From Acidimicrobiaceae bacterium (lineage in GTDB: Bacteria > Actinomycetota > Acidimicrobiia > Acidimicrobiales > Aldehydirespiratoraceae): a stretch of 64,000 nucleotides of DNA. This document shows positions 7,780 to 16,893 of this stretch, piece by piece. The position numbers were made by a program, and so were the translations under genes. Numbering within the stretch: the stretch's first letter is position 1; each line of letters starts with the position of its first letter. Under the pieces are notes generated by a model. It did not search any database, had not been told where the DNA came from, and saw only the letters and a list, made by a program, of their open reading frames with translations. Where the stretch lies: the NCBI GenBank assembly GCA_009835735.1, contig VXWX01000010.1:29772-93771 (forward strand). The letters are read 5' to 3'.

Positions 7780-8802
7780 ATGGGGCTTCCCGCAGCACAG
7801 GCGTGGACGGTGGCGTCGTATGTGCTCAAACAGCGGTTGAGGGGCCGGGAGCGCTACCCGCTGGTGCTGATGCTCGAGCCGGTGCTGCGCTGCAACCTGG
7901 CCTGCGCCGGGTGCGGCAAGATCCAGTACCCGCCCCATGTGCTGAGACGGGCCCTCACCGTCGAGCAGTGCCTGGCCGCGGTCGAGGAGTGCGGGGCGCC
8001 GGTGGTGAGCATCCCCGGCGGTGAGCCGCTGCTGTACCCCCACATCGGCGAGTTGGTGCACGAGCTGACGAGCCGCAACAAGTACGTCTATTTGTGCACC
8101 AACGCGATCCGCCTGAAGCAGAAGCTCGAGGAGGGCGTGTTCGAGCCCTCCAAGCGGCTCAGCTTCAGCGTCCACATGGACGGCCTGCGGGCCGAGCACG
8201 ACCTGTCGGTGTGCCGCGACGGTGTGTACGACATCGCGGTGGACGCCATCGGTGAGGCGCTGCGGCGCGGCTTCCGGGTGACCACCAACACCACGCTGTT
8301 CAACACGGCCGAGCCCATGCGGGTGCGCGACTTCTTCGACGCCATGATGGATCTCGGAGTGGAGGGCATGATGGTGTCGCCCGGCTACAGCTACGACGCC
8401 GCCCCCGACCAGGACTCGTTCCTGGAGCGTGAGAAGACGGTCGAGCTGTTCTCGGCCATCATGGAGGGCAAGCCCAAGCGCTGGCGGTTCAACCAGTCGC
8501 CGCTGTTCCTGCAGTTCCTGATGGGCAAGCGGGATTACGAGTGCACACCGTGGGGCAACCCGCTGTACACGATCTTCGGGTGGCAGCGGCCCTGCTACCT
8601 GCTCCAGGACGGCTACGCCGCGACGTTCTCCGAGCTCATGGACGACACCCAGTGGGAGCAGTACGGGCGCAGCAGCGGCAACCCCAGCTGCCAGGACTGC
8701 ATGGTGCACTGCGGCTACGAGCCCTCGGCCGTGCACGCCACCTTCAGCTCCTGGCGGGGACTGCGCGACAGCGCGGTCGCAACCGTAACCGGCCGGCTCT
8801 AG
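7780..8802 (+). CDS. hpnH: Adenosyl-hopene transferase (radical SAM) HpnH
   Basis: YPLVLMLEP..RCNLACAGCGKI, CTPWGNP, CMVHCGYEP; shc nearby. Confidence 0.93.
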   Translation: MGLPAAQAWTVASYVLKQRLRGRERYPLVLMLEPVLRCNLACAGCGKIQYPPHVLRRALTVEQCLAAVEECGAPVVSIPGGEPLLYPHIGELVHELTSRNKYVYLCTNAIRLKQKLEEGVFEPSKRLSFSVHMDGLRAEHDLSVCRDGVYDIAVDAIGEALRRGFRVTTNTTLFNTAEPMRVRDFFDAMMDLGVEGMMVSPGYSYDAAPDQDSFLEREKTVELFSAIMEGKPKRWRFNQSPLFLQFLMGKRDYECTPWGNPLYTIFGWQRPCYLLQDGYAATFSELMDDTQWEQYGRSSGNPSCQDCMVHCGYEPSAVHATFSSWRGLRDSAVATVTGRL

Positions 8803-8807
8803 AGGCC

Positions 8808-9143
8808 ATGAGCGCGTCCGACGGCGGCGCCGGCGACGGCGGCGACGAGATCGCGGCTCTGGTGGAGCGGGCGTTCCACTACCGCGGCGACGTCACCGTG
8901 CGCACCGCGGCTGGCGTCGAGGTCGTCGGGTACCTGTTCAACCGCAACGACCGGGGGGAGGATCGGTGCGCGCAGCTCTTCGAGACCGGGACCGGCCGCG
9001 AGGTAGCCATCGCCTACCGCGACATCCGCGACGTGCTGTTCACCGGGCGTGACACCGCCGCGCCCAGACAGGACACCGGTGCGCCCGGACCGGTAGGCGG
9101 CAGCGACCCCGAGGCACCGGGGCGGACGGCCACGACGCCTTGA
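8808..9143 (+). CDS. Small hypothetical protein inside the hpn operon
   Basis: ATG 5 bp after the hpnH stop; AFHYRGDVTV..VVGYLFNR; overlaps the next start. Confidence 0.65.
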   Translation: MSASDGGAGDGGDEIAALVERAFHYRGDVTVRTAAGVEVVGYLFNRNDRGEDRCAQLFETGTGREVAIAYRDIRDVLFTGRDTAAPRQDTGAPGPVGGSDPEAPGRTATTP

Positions 9144-9958
9144 CCACCCACCGGTCGGCTCGCGGTGGCGTGCTGGTGGTCGCACCGACGCGCCGGGAAC
9201 TCGGCGGCCTCTCCCGCCGCGGCGGAAGGCTCGCTGCAGCGGGCCGGCCCGGCCGCGGACGCCGGCCGGCTAACGTTGGGCGGGTCGCCGTGGTAGGGAT
9301 CGGGCGTGCTGCGGGACCGCGCACCGCAGCCATGCTCGACGCCGAGCCGAAGGCGGTGCTGGTTTCGCTCGGGTTCGCCGGCGGGCTAGACCCCGCCCTG
9401 AGGCCAGGTGACCTCGTTGTCGCTGGCACGTACCGCCACGGCGACGGTGAGACCGTCGGCGACGCTAATCTTGCTGCCCGCGTCTCGATCCTGCTGGTGT
9501 GCCTCGGAATCGCCGCGCCCGCCGGAGTGGTGCTCACCACCGACGAGCCGCTGCTCACGCCCGACTCCAAGCAGCGGGCTCGCGCCGGCGGCGACCACCT
9601 GGTGGTGGACATGGAGGGCTACTGGATCGCCGGCGCCGCCCAGGCCCGGGGCGTGCCCCATATCGGGCTGCACTGCGTAGTCGACGAGGCTGATGTCGCT
9701 CTCCCCGACTTCGTGTCCAGAGTGGCCACGGCTCCTCATAGAAGAGAGTGGATCCACGCCCTCGGCGCGCTGAGATCGGTGGGCGCCGCCCGAGATCTCT
9801 CCATCCTGGCACGAAGGGCTCGAACCGCAGGTTGGGCTTTACAAGAAGCCGCCTGGGCTGTCCTTGAGGCCGTCGCCGACGGAGCCCTCCCCGGTGGCGC
9901 ACACGTCGCGCCCGAGAGCCCGTCCACTTCAACTATGCCTCCGTCCGGGGGCCGGTGA
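9140..9958 (+). CDS. hpnG: Hopanoid-associated nucleoside phosphorylase HpnG
   Basis: GIG..A, SLGFAGGLDPALRPGDLVV, VDME (PNP/MTAN fold); operon context. Confidence 0.75.
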   Translation: MTTHRSARGGVLVVAPTRRELGGLSRRGGRLAAAGRPGRGRRPANVGRVAVVGIGRAAGPRTAAMLDAEPKAVLVSLGFAGGLDPALRPGDLVVAGTYRHGDGETVGDANLAARVSILLVCLGIAAPAGVVLTTDEPLLTPDSKQRARAGGDHLVVDMEGYWIAGAAQARGVPHIGLHCVVDEADVALPDFVSRVATAPHRREWIHALGALRSVGAARDLSILARRARTAGWALQEAAWAVLEAVADGALPGGAHVAPESPSTSTMPPSGGR

Positions 9959-11001
9959 TGGCCCGGCTGTTGGTGACCGGCGGCTCGGGGTTCATCGGGG
10001 GCCATGTGGTGACCGCGGCGCTGCGCCGGGGCCACCACGTCGTCGCCCTGACCCGGGACGGGGCCTCGCCCGGGCCGGCCCATCCGCGGCTGGTCGTCGT
10101 ATCGGGAGACGTGCGCGACCCCGAAACGGTGCGGCACGCCGCGGAGGGCTGCGACGCCGTGCTGCATGTGGCCGGGCTCTACACCTTCGACCCGGCCCGA
10201 GCCGCAGAGATGCTCGAAGTCAACGCGCAGGGAACCCGCAACGTCATGGAGTGCGCCCTCGCGGCCGGCGTGGCGCGCATCGTTTACACGGGCACGGTGG
10301 GAACGACCGACTTCTCGGTCCGAAACACCGGTCGCCTCCCCAACGAGGACGACGTGGCCGGACCCGGCGCCGAGATGGGGCCCTACAAGCGCTCCAAACT
10401 CGAGGCCGAGCGCATCGTGGCCGAGATGGCGGCTCAGGGTGCTCCCATCGTCACCGTCTGCCCGACCGCGCCGGTGGGGCCCGGCGACCACAAGCCGACG
10501 CCGACGGGACGCATCGTCGTCGACTTCATGCGCGGCCGGATGTTCGCCTACGTCGAGACCGGGCTGAACTTCGTGCACGTCAGCGACGTCGCCGAGGGCC
10601 ACCTGCTGGCGCTGGAACGGGGACGCGACGGTGCCCGCTACCTGCTGGGCAGCCGCGACGGCAACCTCACGCTGGCGCAGGCCTTCGGCATCCTGTCCGG
10701 GATCACCGGCCGGCGGGCGCCCCGGGTGCGGGTGCCCTGCGCGGTGGCAGTGGGATTCGCCCACGCCACCGCAGTCGTCTGCCGGGCGTTGCGCCGGCCC
10801 CCGCTGGTCGGCCCCGAAGCGGCCCGGATGGCCTCGACGCCGATGTGGGTGGACCCGTCGCGCAGTGTCGCCGAGCTGGGCCTCCCCCAGACGCCGGTCG
10901 CCGAGGCGTTCCGGGAAGCCGTCGACTGGTTCGCCTACCACGGCTACGCCAACGCCCCCCGAAGCGCAGTCGCCGCCGGCTCAACGGCCGGGCGGACCTA
11001 G
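9955..11001 (+). CDS. hpnA: Hopanoid-associated NAD-dependent epimerase/dehydratase HpnA
   Basis: TGGSGFIG, YKRSK, PTAPVGPGDHKPTPTG. Confidence 0.85.
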   Translation: MMARLLVTGGSGFIGGHVVTAALRRGHHVVALTRDGASPGPAHPRLVVVSGDVRDPETVRHAAEGCDAVLHVAGLYTFDPARAAEMLEVNAQGTRNVMECALAAGVARIVYTGTVGTTDFSVRNTGRLPNEDDVAGPGAEMGPYKRSKLEAERIVAEMAAQGAPIVTVCPTAPVGPGDHKPTPTGRIVVDFMRGRMFAYVETGLNFVHVSDVAEGHLLALERGRDGARYLLGSRDGNLTLAQAFGILSGITGRRAPRVRVPCAVAVGFAHATAVVCRALRRPPLVGPEAARMASTPMWVDPSRSVAELGLPQTPVAEAFREAVDWFAYHGYANAPRSAVAAGSTAGRT

Positions 11002-11008
11002 CACCGCC

Positions 11009-13174
11009 ATGATGGACAACCATCAGGCTCACCAGAGCGTCCGCGAGGCGGTGGAGCGCACCCAGCAGTACTTCCTGCGCACCCAGCGCGATGACGGCTG
11101 CTGGTGGGGGGAGCTCGAGTCCAACCCCACCATCGAGGCCGAGTACATCATGCTCACCCGCTTCCTCGGATCCGACGAGGGCGACCGGACCGGACGGGTG
11201 GCCGCCGACATCCGCCGCCGCCAGCAGCCCGACGGCTCCTGGCGCATGTACTTCGGCGCGCCCGGAGACCTCAGCACCACCATCGAGTGCTACTTCGCCC
11301 TCAAGCTGGCCGGCGACCCGCCCGACGCGCCCCACATGGCCCAGGCCCGGGCCTTCATCATCGAGAACGGCGGCATCCCCAAATCCCGGGTGTTCACCAA
11401 GATCTGGCTGGCCCTGTTCGGTCAATGGGACTGGAGGGCGACCCCGTCCATGCCCCCCGAGATCATGCTGCTGCCGAAGTGGGCGCCCTTCAACATCTAC
11501 CGGTTCTCCAGCTGGGCCCGGGCCACCATCGTGCCGATGACCATCGTGTTGACCCTCAAACCGACCCGCCCGCCGCCCGCCGGCGCCGGGATCGAGGAGC
11601 TGCGCCGCGACGGCCCCGAAGCGCTGGCCGTGTCGCGTTTCAAGCCCAACCCGCTGTCGGTGCAGGGCGGGTTCCTGCTCATGGACCGCGCCCTGCGCCT
11701 GTGGCGGGGGCTGCGCCTGGTCCCCGGCCGCAGGCGGGCGCTGCGGGCCGCGGTCGACTGGATCGTCTCGCACCAGGAGGGCGACGGCTCGTGGGGCGGC
11801 ATCCAGCCGCCGTGGGTGTACTCGCTGATCGCGTTGAGCGCCCTCGGACACCCGCTCGACCATCCCGTGCTGGCCAAGGGGCTCCAGGGCTTCCGCAACG
11901 AGTGGAGCCTGCCGTCGCCCGACGGCGCCGCGCTGAGGGTCCAGGCCTGCCTGTCGCCCGCATGGGACACCGCGCTGGCCATGCGCGGGCTGATGGACTC
12001 CGGAGTGTCCCCCGACCACCCCGCCATCCAGCGGGCCGCCGAATGGCTGGTGGGCAAGGAGGTGCGCTACGCGGGCGACTGGGCGGTCAAGAGGCCCCAC
12101 CTCGAGCCCAGCGGCTGGGCCTTCGGGTTCGACAACGTCAACTACCCCGACATCGACGACTCGTCAGTGATCGTCGCCAACCTCGCCCTCACCAACCTCG
12201 CCGACCGGGCCAGCGACTCGGCCAAGGAGGCCACCATCGACCGCGCCGTGGACTGGCTCACCGGAATGCAGTCCTCCAACGGCGGTTGGGCCGCCTTCGA
12301 CTACAACAACGACTCCCGCTCGGTCACCAAGATCCCGTTCGCCGACTTCGGAGAGGTGCTCGACCCGCCCAGCGCCGACATCACCGCCCACATGCTCGAG
12401 ATGTACGGGATCCTCGGCTACTCACGGTGGCATCCAGCGGTGAGGCGGGGACTCCACTACCTGTGGCAGCAACAGGAACCCGACGGCTCCTGGTTCGGGC
12501 GGTGGGGAGTGAACTACCTGTACGGGACCGGTGCCGTGCTCCCCGCGCTGGAGGCCCTCGGCGTCGACATGGCCCAGCCCGCGGTGCGCAAGGCCGTGCA
12601 GTGGCTCGTCGACACCCAGAACCCCGACGGCGGATGGGGCGAAACGTGCGAGAGCTATGTGGACCCCACCCTCAGCGGCCAAGGCGACAGCACCGCCTCC
12701 CAGACCGCCTGGGCCCTCATCGCGCTCATCGCCGCCGGCGAAGCGGCCGGCGAGCCCGTCACCAGAGGCATCGAGTTCCTGGTGGCCACCCAGCAGGCCG
12801 ACGGCACCTGGGACGAGCCGCAGTTCACCGGCACCGGCTTCCCAGGCTACGGCCACGGCGACAGGCCCACCAAGAAGGGGGCTCCCGCCGACAGCCTCCA
12901 GGGCGCAGAGATGGGCGCCGCCTTCATGATCAACTACCACCTGTACCGGAACTACTTCCCGCTGTGGGCCCTGGGCCGCTACCTCGCAGCAGTCGCACCG
13001 AGAGTCGCCCAAGCCGTACCCCTAGGGCGCACCGAGACCGAAACAGACAAGTCACCCAACGCCATACAAGAGGTGATTGACTTACCTACAGGACCTAGCC
13101 GCCGGGCACGGCGCCAGCGATCACCAATGGGAAGTCATCGCGCAGTTCACCGACCTACAGCACCGCCCCCTTGA
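11009..13174 (+). CDS. shc: Squalene-hopene cyclase
   Basis: YPDIDD protonation motif, QW repeats (QxxDGSW), WGGIQP, YRNYFPLWALGRY. Real start is ATG 11009 or 11012. Confidence 0.95.
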   Translation: MMDNHQAHQSVREAVERTQQYFLRTQRDDGCWWGELESNPTIEAEYIMLTRFLGSDEGDRTGRVAADIRRRQQPDGSWRMYFGAPGDLSTTIECYFALKLAGDPPDAPHMAQARAFIIENGGIPKSRVFTKIWLALFGQWDWRATPSMPPEIMLLPKWAPFNIYRFSSWARATIVPMTIVLTLKPTRPPPAGAGIEELRRDGPEALAVSRFKPNPLSVQGGFLLMDRALRLWRGLRLVPGRRRALRAAVDWIVSHQEGDGSWGGIQPPWVYSLIALSALGHPLDHPVLAKGLQGFRNEWSLPSPDGAALRVQACLSPAWDTALAMRGLMDSGVSPDHPAIQRAAEWLVGKEVRYAGDWAVKRPHLEPSGWAFGFDNVNYPDIDDSSVIVANLALTNLADRASDSAKEATIDRAVDWLTGMQSSNGGWAAFDYNNDSRSVTKIPFADFGEVLDPPSADITAHMLEMYGILGYSRWHPAVRRGLHYLWQQQEPDGSWFGRWGVNYLYGTGAVLPALEALGVDMAQPAVRKAVQWLVDTQNPDGGWGETCESYVDPTLSGQGDSTASQTAWALIALIAAGEAAGEPVTRGIEFLVATQQADGTWDEPQFTGTGFPGYGHGDRPTKKGAPADSLQGAEMGAAFMINYHLYRNYFPLWALGRYLAAVAPRVAQAVPLGRTETETDKSPNAIQEVIDLPTGPSRRARRQRSPMGSHRAVHRPTAPPP

Positions 13175-13330
13175 CGACGCCCTGCGCCTGTTCAAGTTGC
13201 CGTCGCCTGTGCCGATCCCGAGTCGGTACTGGCGCGCAATCAGAATGCGATCCGGACCTGGTGGCCGAGCGGTGAAGCCTCCGGCCCGCCGACATCTTCG
13301 CGGCATGCGCTTTGGCGGCGGACGCCGGAG

Positions 13331-13954
13331 CTAGTCGATAAGGCCTTCTGCAGTTGCCTTGTGCACGCCGGCGGCTCGGCCTGACACCCCGAGCTTGTCC
13401 CACAGCCTGGAAAGTTCGCGGTACATCGAGCGCTCTGAGTAGCCCATCTCCGACGCCACGTCCGAGATCGCCGCCCCCGATGCGAGCTTCCCCAGCATCA
13501 GCCGCTCAGAGGCCTTCAGGGATTGAGGCGCCTCAGCATCAAGATACAGCTTCACCGCGACACAGGCGTCCTTCAGCCTGCGAGTGCCGCCCTTGGTGGT
13601 CAACGCAGCCAAGGCGTCCCAGTGGACAACCCTTGGAATGTCAGCCATCAGCTCCGGAGACACCGCCAGACCTGATCGGTCCGGCCGAGGCTCGCCCGAC
13701 GCCAGCCAGTCCTCGATCGCGTCGGCAGCCTCGCGCATGTAGGCGGTGACGATCGCCCAGTCCTCGGCCAACTCCGCGGGGATCAAACCCCCTGCCATGG
13801 CACTCAAGCTGTCACGGAACAGCTTTGCGATATCGCGCTGATATGTCCACGGCAAAGACTCGTTGTAGACGTGGACTGCCTCGCGGTGGTACTCGGCCCC
13901 CCAAGGCTCGCTGTGGGGGCCCTCGGGCACCCCGAAGCGATAACACTCCGACAT
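13331..13954 (-). CDS. LuxR-type C-terminal HTH regulator
   Basis: LASGAAISDVASEMGYSERSMYRELSRLWDKLGV..R..EGLID; GGAGG RBS before ATG 13954. Confidence 0.75.
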   Translation of the reverse strand: MSECYRFGVPEGPHSEPWGAEYHREAVHVYNESLPWTYQRDIAKLFRDSLSAMAGGLIPAELAEDWAIVTAYMREAADAIEDWLASGEPRPDRSGLAVSPELMADIPRVVHWDALAALTTKGGTRRLKDACVAVKLYLDAEAPQSLKASERLMLGKLASGAAISDVASEMGYSERSMYRELSRLWDKLGVSGRAAGVHKATAEGLID

Positions 13955-14328
13955 GGCGTTAACGCCTCCGACCATACGACCACAAGCCAGACGGACACGC
14001 GCCAAAGCCAGACCTTCGCGCAGTTCGACGCCCACGGCGCCCACAATAGCCAGCAGGCAAACCACATTGCATAGAAGCAGACGGGACCACGAGCCTCACC
14101 CGGTATAGCGCAGGCTCTGGGGCTGCCCCTGGGTGTCGCGCGGTCCGGACAATTGAAATCTCAAGCACATCACTACAGCATCCAAACACAATCTCCGATA
14201 CTCTCGATACATGACCGCTGATTCATCCGCCGGTGACGGGCAGCGTCCCACCAACAGATACAACAGGCGCACCCGGCGAAGCTGCTGAGCGATGCGTGAA
14301 GTGTTGAGCGGCTGGTTCGGGCCGGTCG

Positions 14329-14661
14329 TTGACAGCGGCGGCCGCCGGGTCCGCTTCCGGGTTAGCCGCCCAGTACTCGCGCTGTACGCCGCTCAGTTCG
14401 ACACGACCCACCACCACGACACCCACCGCATCTGCCGACGGCATCTACGAGATCGACGCGTGCTGGTCAGCCGATCGCAGCCGCTACTACGTCGTAATCG
14501 GCGGCGTTGATGCCCGCGCCTACTGCGAAGTCCACATGACCCTCGAGGGGCGCCGCACCGGCGACTGGGGCAACGACTACTGGGGCGGAGGCCGAACCCA
14601 GGTCACCATCGACGTGCTCGTCCAACACGAAGCCGACGGCTACGAAGTCGAATGTTCATGA
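14329..14661 (+). pseudogene. Probable C-terminal fragment of an exported protein
   Basis: PTTTTPT linker followed by a beta-rich Cys-containing domain; no convincing start. Confidence 0.3.
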
Positions 14662-14687
14662 TGGCTGCTGCTGATCGGACAGGAACC

Positions 14688-14849
14688 ATGCCTCGCACAC
14701 CCGACGACCGCAGATGGGACGGCTGGGACGTCCCCGACTACCAGCCCACCGAAGACGAACTCAACGAACCCGTCGTCATCGACGCACCTACTCCCGAATC
14801 ACTCGGCGAAGCACTCATGCGGCACAAGCCACGCCGCAAGAACCGATGA
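14688..14849 (+). CDS. Small hypothetical protein (DAPTPESLGEALMR motif)
   Basis: AGGA RBS; resembles the peptide at 34599. Confidence 0.5.
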   Translation: MPRTPDDRRWDGWDVPDYQPTEDELNEPVVIDAPTPESLGEALMRHKPRRKNR

Positions 14850-15461
14850 CCCGCTGCATCGAAGCTAGAACTCGGTGAAATGGTCTCCGACGGCCAAGGC
14901 GGCATGGTGCCGGCCGACAACGTGGACGAACACGGCCAATGCACCAACGAAGCCCATCCGGACCTCACGATCTGTATACGCTGCGCCCGCTTCTACGCAT
15001 CCGACGCGTTGGTTAGCTGGGATGAGCGTCGATCCCCAACGGTGACGATCTTGGCACCATCCGATATAGGCCCCCGATACTGTCAGCACGCGAGATCCAT
15101 CGGATTCTTGTGACCTATGTGATTGAGCAGTAGTGCATTGGCGTGCAACCCCACGCCCTGGCCTCGGACGCGCGCTGAAGGAAGCTGTCGGCTAACCGAA
15201 CCGGGCGTGCCTATTGCATGCTCCCATTGCAGCGCTGCCCAGCGAGCGCCTGTCGACTTCAGGGACTTCTCCTGATCTGCCAGTCGCGCCATTCGTCTGC
15301 GTCACAGCACAGAATGACCGAGTGTGTCGACTAGTCGAGGACGTGGCTCGGTCCAACATCTGCGGCGTCCCATACTGCGTCGTTGTGTCGCAGGTAATCC
15401 ACTCCAAATCGTCTAGTCCGGCATGCCTCAAGAAGTACATCCCGTCGGCTCTGCCCCCGAC

Positions 15462-16622
15462 CTATGCGATGTAGTCGTTCCATTGCTGCATCAGCGTGCG
15501 GCGGCGCTCGAGCATGTCAGAGCGAGCGTATGCGCCCTCGACGCCCGCAACGGCGTGGCCCAGTGCCATCTCGGCGAGGTCTCGGGGCACGCCGGCATCT
15601 GAGCACCACGAACGGAACGTGGCTCGCAGCCCGTGCGCTGAGCTTGGGATATCGAGGTCGCGCAGCAGCTTCACGTAGGTGTTCTCTGACACCGCTCGCC
15701 CCGTCACCGGCGACGGGAACACCAGCGCGTCGACGGTGGTGCCGTTGCGGGCTTCGGTGAGCACCTCAACAGCTCGTTTGCTGAGTGGCACGCGGAACTG
15801 TGTGCTGGTCTTGTAGCGGGCTGCGGGGATGGTCCACACCGCGGTGTCGAGGTCGAACTCGTCCCAGGTGGCACAGCGGACCTCGCCGGGTCGGGTCGCG
15901 GTCAAAGCCAGCAGCTCAAGAGCCAGCTTGGTGGCTGCGGCTGCGGCTGATGCGCGGACCATTTGGAGCGCGTAGGGGAGGTCGCTGTGGTGCAGCGCCC
16001 GCTGGTGGTTGGTGCGGTGGCGCAGTTTGGGCATCGCGGCCACAGCCGCCGCGGTGGGGTCGCTCTCTCGTAGGCCGCGGCCCATCGCGTATTTCATGGT
16101 GGTGGAGATCCGTTGTGCGGTTCTGCGGGCGAGTTCGGGGCGGTCCCACACCCGGTCAAGCACCGCCACCACATCGGCTGCGGCCACCTCTGCGACTGGC
16201 ATCGGCCCGATCGTGGCGTCGATGTGGTTCGCCAGCAGTGACCGCCACGACTGTTCGGTGTTGCTGGTGGGCTTCCAGTTGGTGCGGTGCAACTCGATCA
16301 CCGACACCATCGCGTCTGAGAAGGTCACCGCGTGGCGTCGGCGCGGGTCGCGTCCCTCCTCCACGGCCTGGCGGTTGGCCAGCGCCCGCTCACGCGCCAG
16401 CGCCAACGACACCGCCGGATAGGCGCCCAGCCCGAGGCTCACGACCCGGCCCCCGATGCGGATGCGCTGGGCCCAGGTCTTTGACCAGCGGCCGTTCACG
16501 GTCGGCTTCACCAGTAGGCTCAGCCCATGTCCGCCTCTGCCGTCTCCGTAGCGACCGGCCCGGTTGATGGTGCGCACGAAGGCCGCGGTCAGCACCTTCG
16601 GACGGGAGGAACTCGAACTCAT
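15462..16622 (-). CDS. P4-type tyrosine integrase with arm-DNA-binding domain
   Basis: N-terminal GRYGDG..GLSLLVKP..SKTW; catalytic R (TATRPGE), K, HGLR, LGH and Y intact. Confidence 0.93.
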   Translation of the reverse strand: MSSSSSRPKVLTAAFVRTINRAGRYGDGRGGHGLSLLVKPTVNGRWSKTWAQRIRIGGRVVSLGLGAYPAVSLALARERALANRQAVEEGRDPRRRHAVTFSDAMVSVIELHRTNWKPTSNTEQSWRSLLANHIDATIGPMPVAEVAAADVVAVLDRVWDRPELARRTAQRISTTMKYAMGRGLRESDPTAAAVAAMPKLRHRTNHQRALHHSDLPYALQMVRASAAAAATKLALELLALTATRPGEVRCATWDEFDLDTAVWTIPAARYKTSTQFRVPLSKRAVEVLTEARNGTTVDALVFPSPVTGRAVSENTYVKLLRDLDIPSSAHGLRATFRSWCSDAGVPRDLAEMALGHAVAGVEGAYARSDMLERRRTLMQQWNDYIA

Positions 16623-16783
16623 GGCTACCCTTCATGTTACCACTTTTCGTCTGGCATTGTACGCTACAGCGTGGCACACGCCGGCACAAACACATGGGCA
16701 TTAAATACCTCTGACGTGGGCTTTGACCTCCTACTTTTAGCCCGTCACAGCCCGGCATGGCACCACCTGTCACAGTAGGGTAT

Positions 16784-16801
16784 GAGTCCTGTCTCGGGCT
16801 C
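16784..16801 (+). other. Candidate att core: 3' half of a tRNA (T-arm 3' strand plus acceptor strand)
   Basis: GAGTCCTGTCTCGGGCTC, 160 bp upstream of the integrase, preceded by GGCAC/GGCAT short repeats (possible arm sites). Confidence 0.5.
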
Positions 16802-16893
16802 AGAAGAGACCTGGTTCGGAACCAGCCCCCTGAACCGTGGTCCAATGGTGGAACAGGTTCTGTGTTCTTCTGACGAAGAGAAACGAGATCATC

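Larger units (their letters stand above)
1..16801. mobile_element. Degenerate integrative mobilisable element / genomic island (left end outside the window)
   Basis: Integrase, att-like site, relaxase remnant, TA module and shared repeat motif. The extent is inferred. Confidence 0.6.

Noticed and set aside
10631-11008. N-terminal extensions from the ORF track (shc, and likewise panC, FAD subunit, fused permease, MFS, tmk)
   Set aside because: They overlap upstream genes; downstream starts with RBS or stop-start coupling fit family lengths.
14200-15460. Second complete IS1595 copy
   Set aside because: No transposase and no match to the 24-bp IR found by eye; only fragments.
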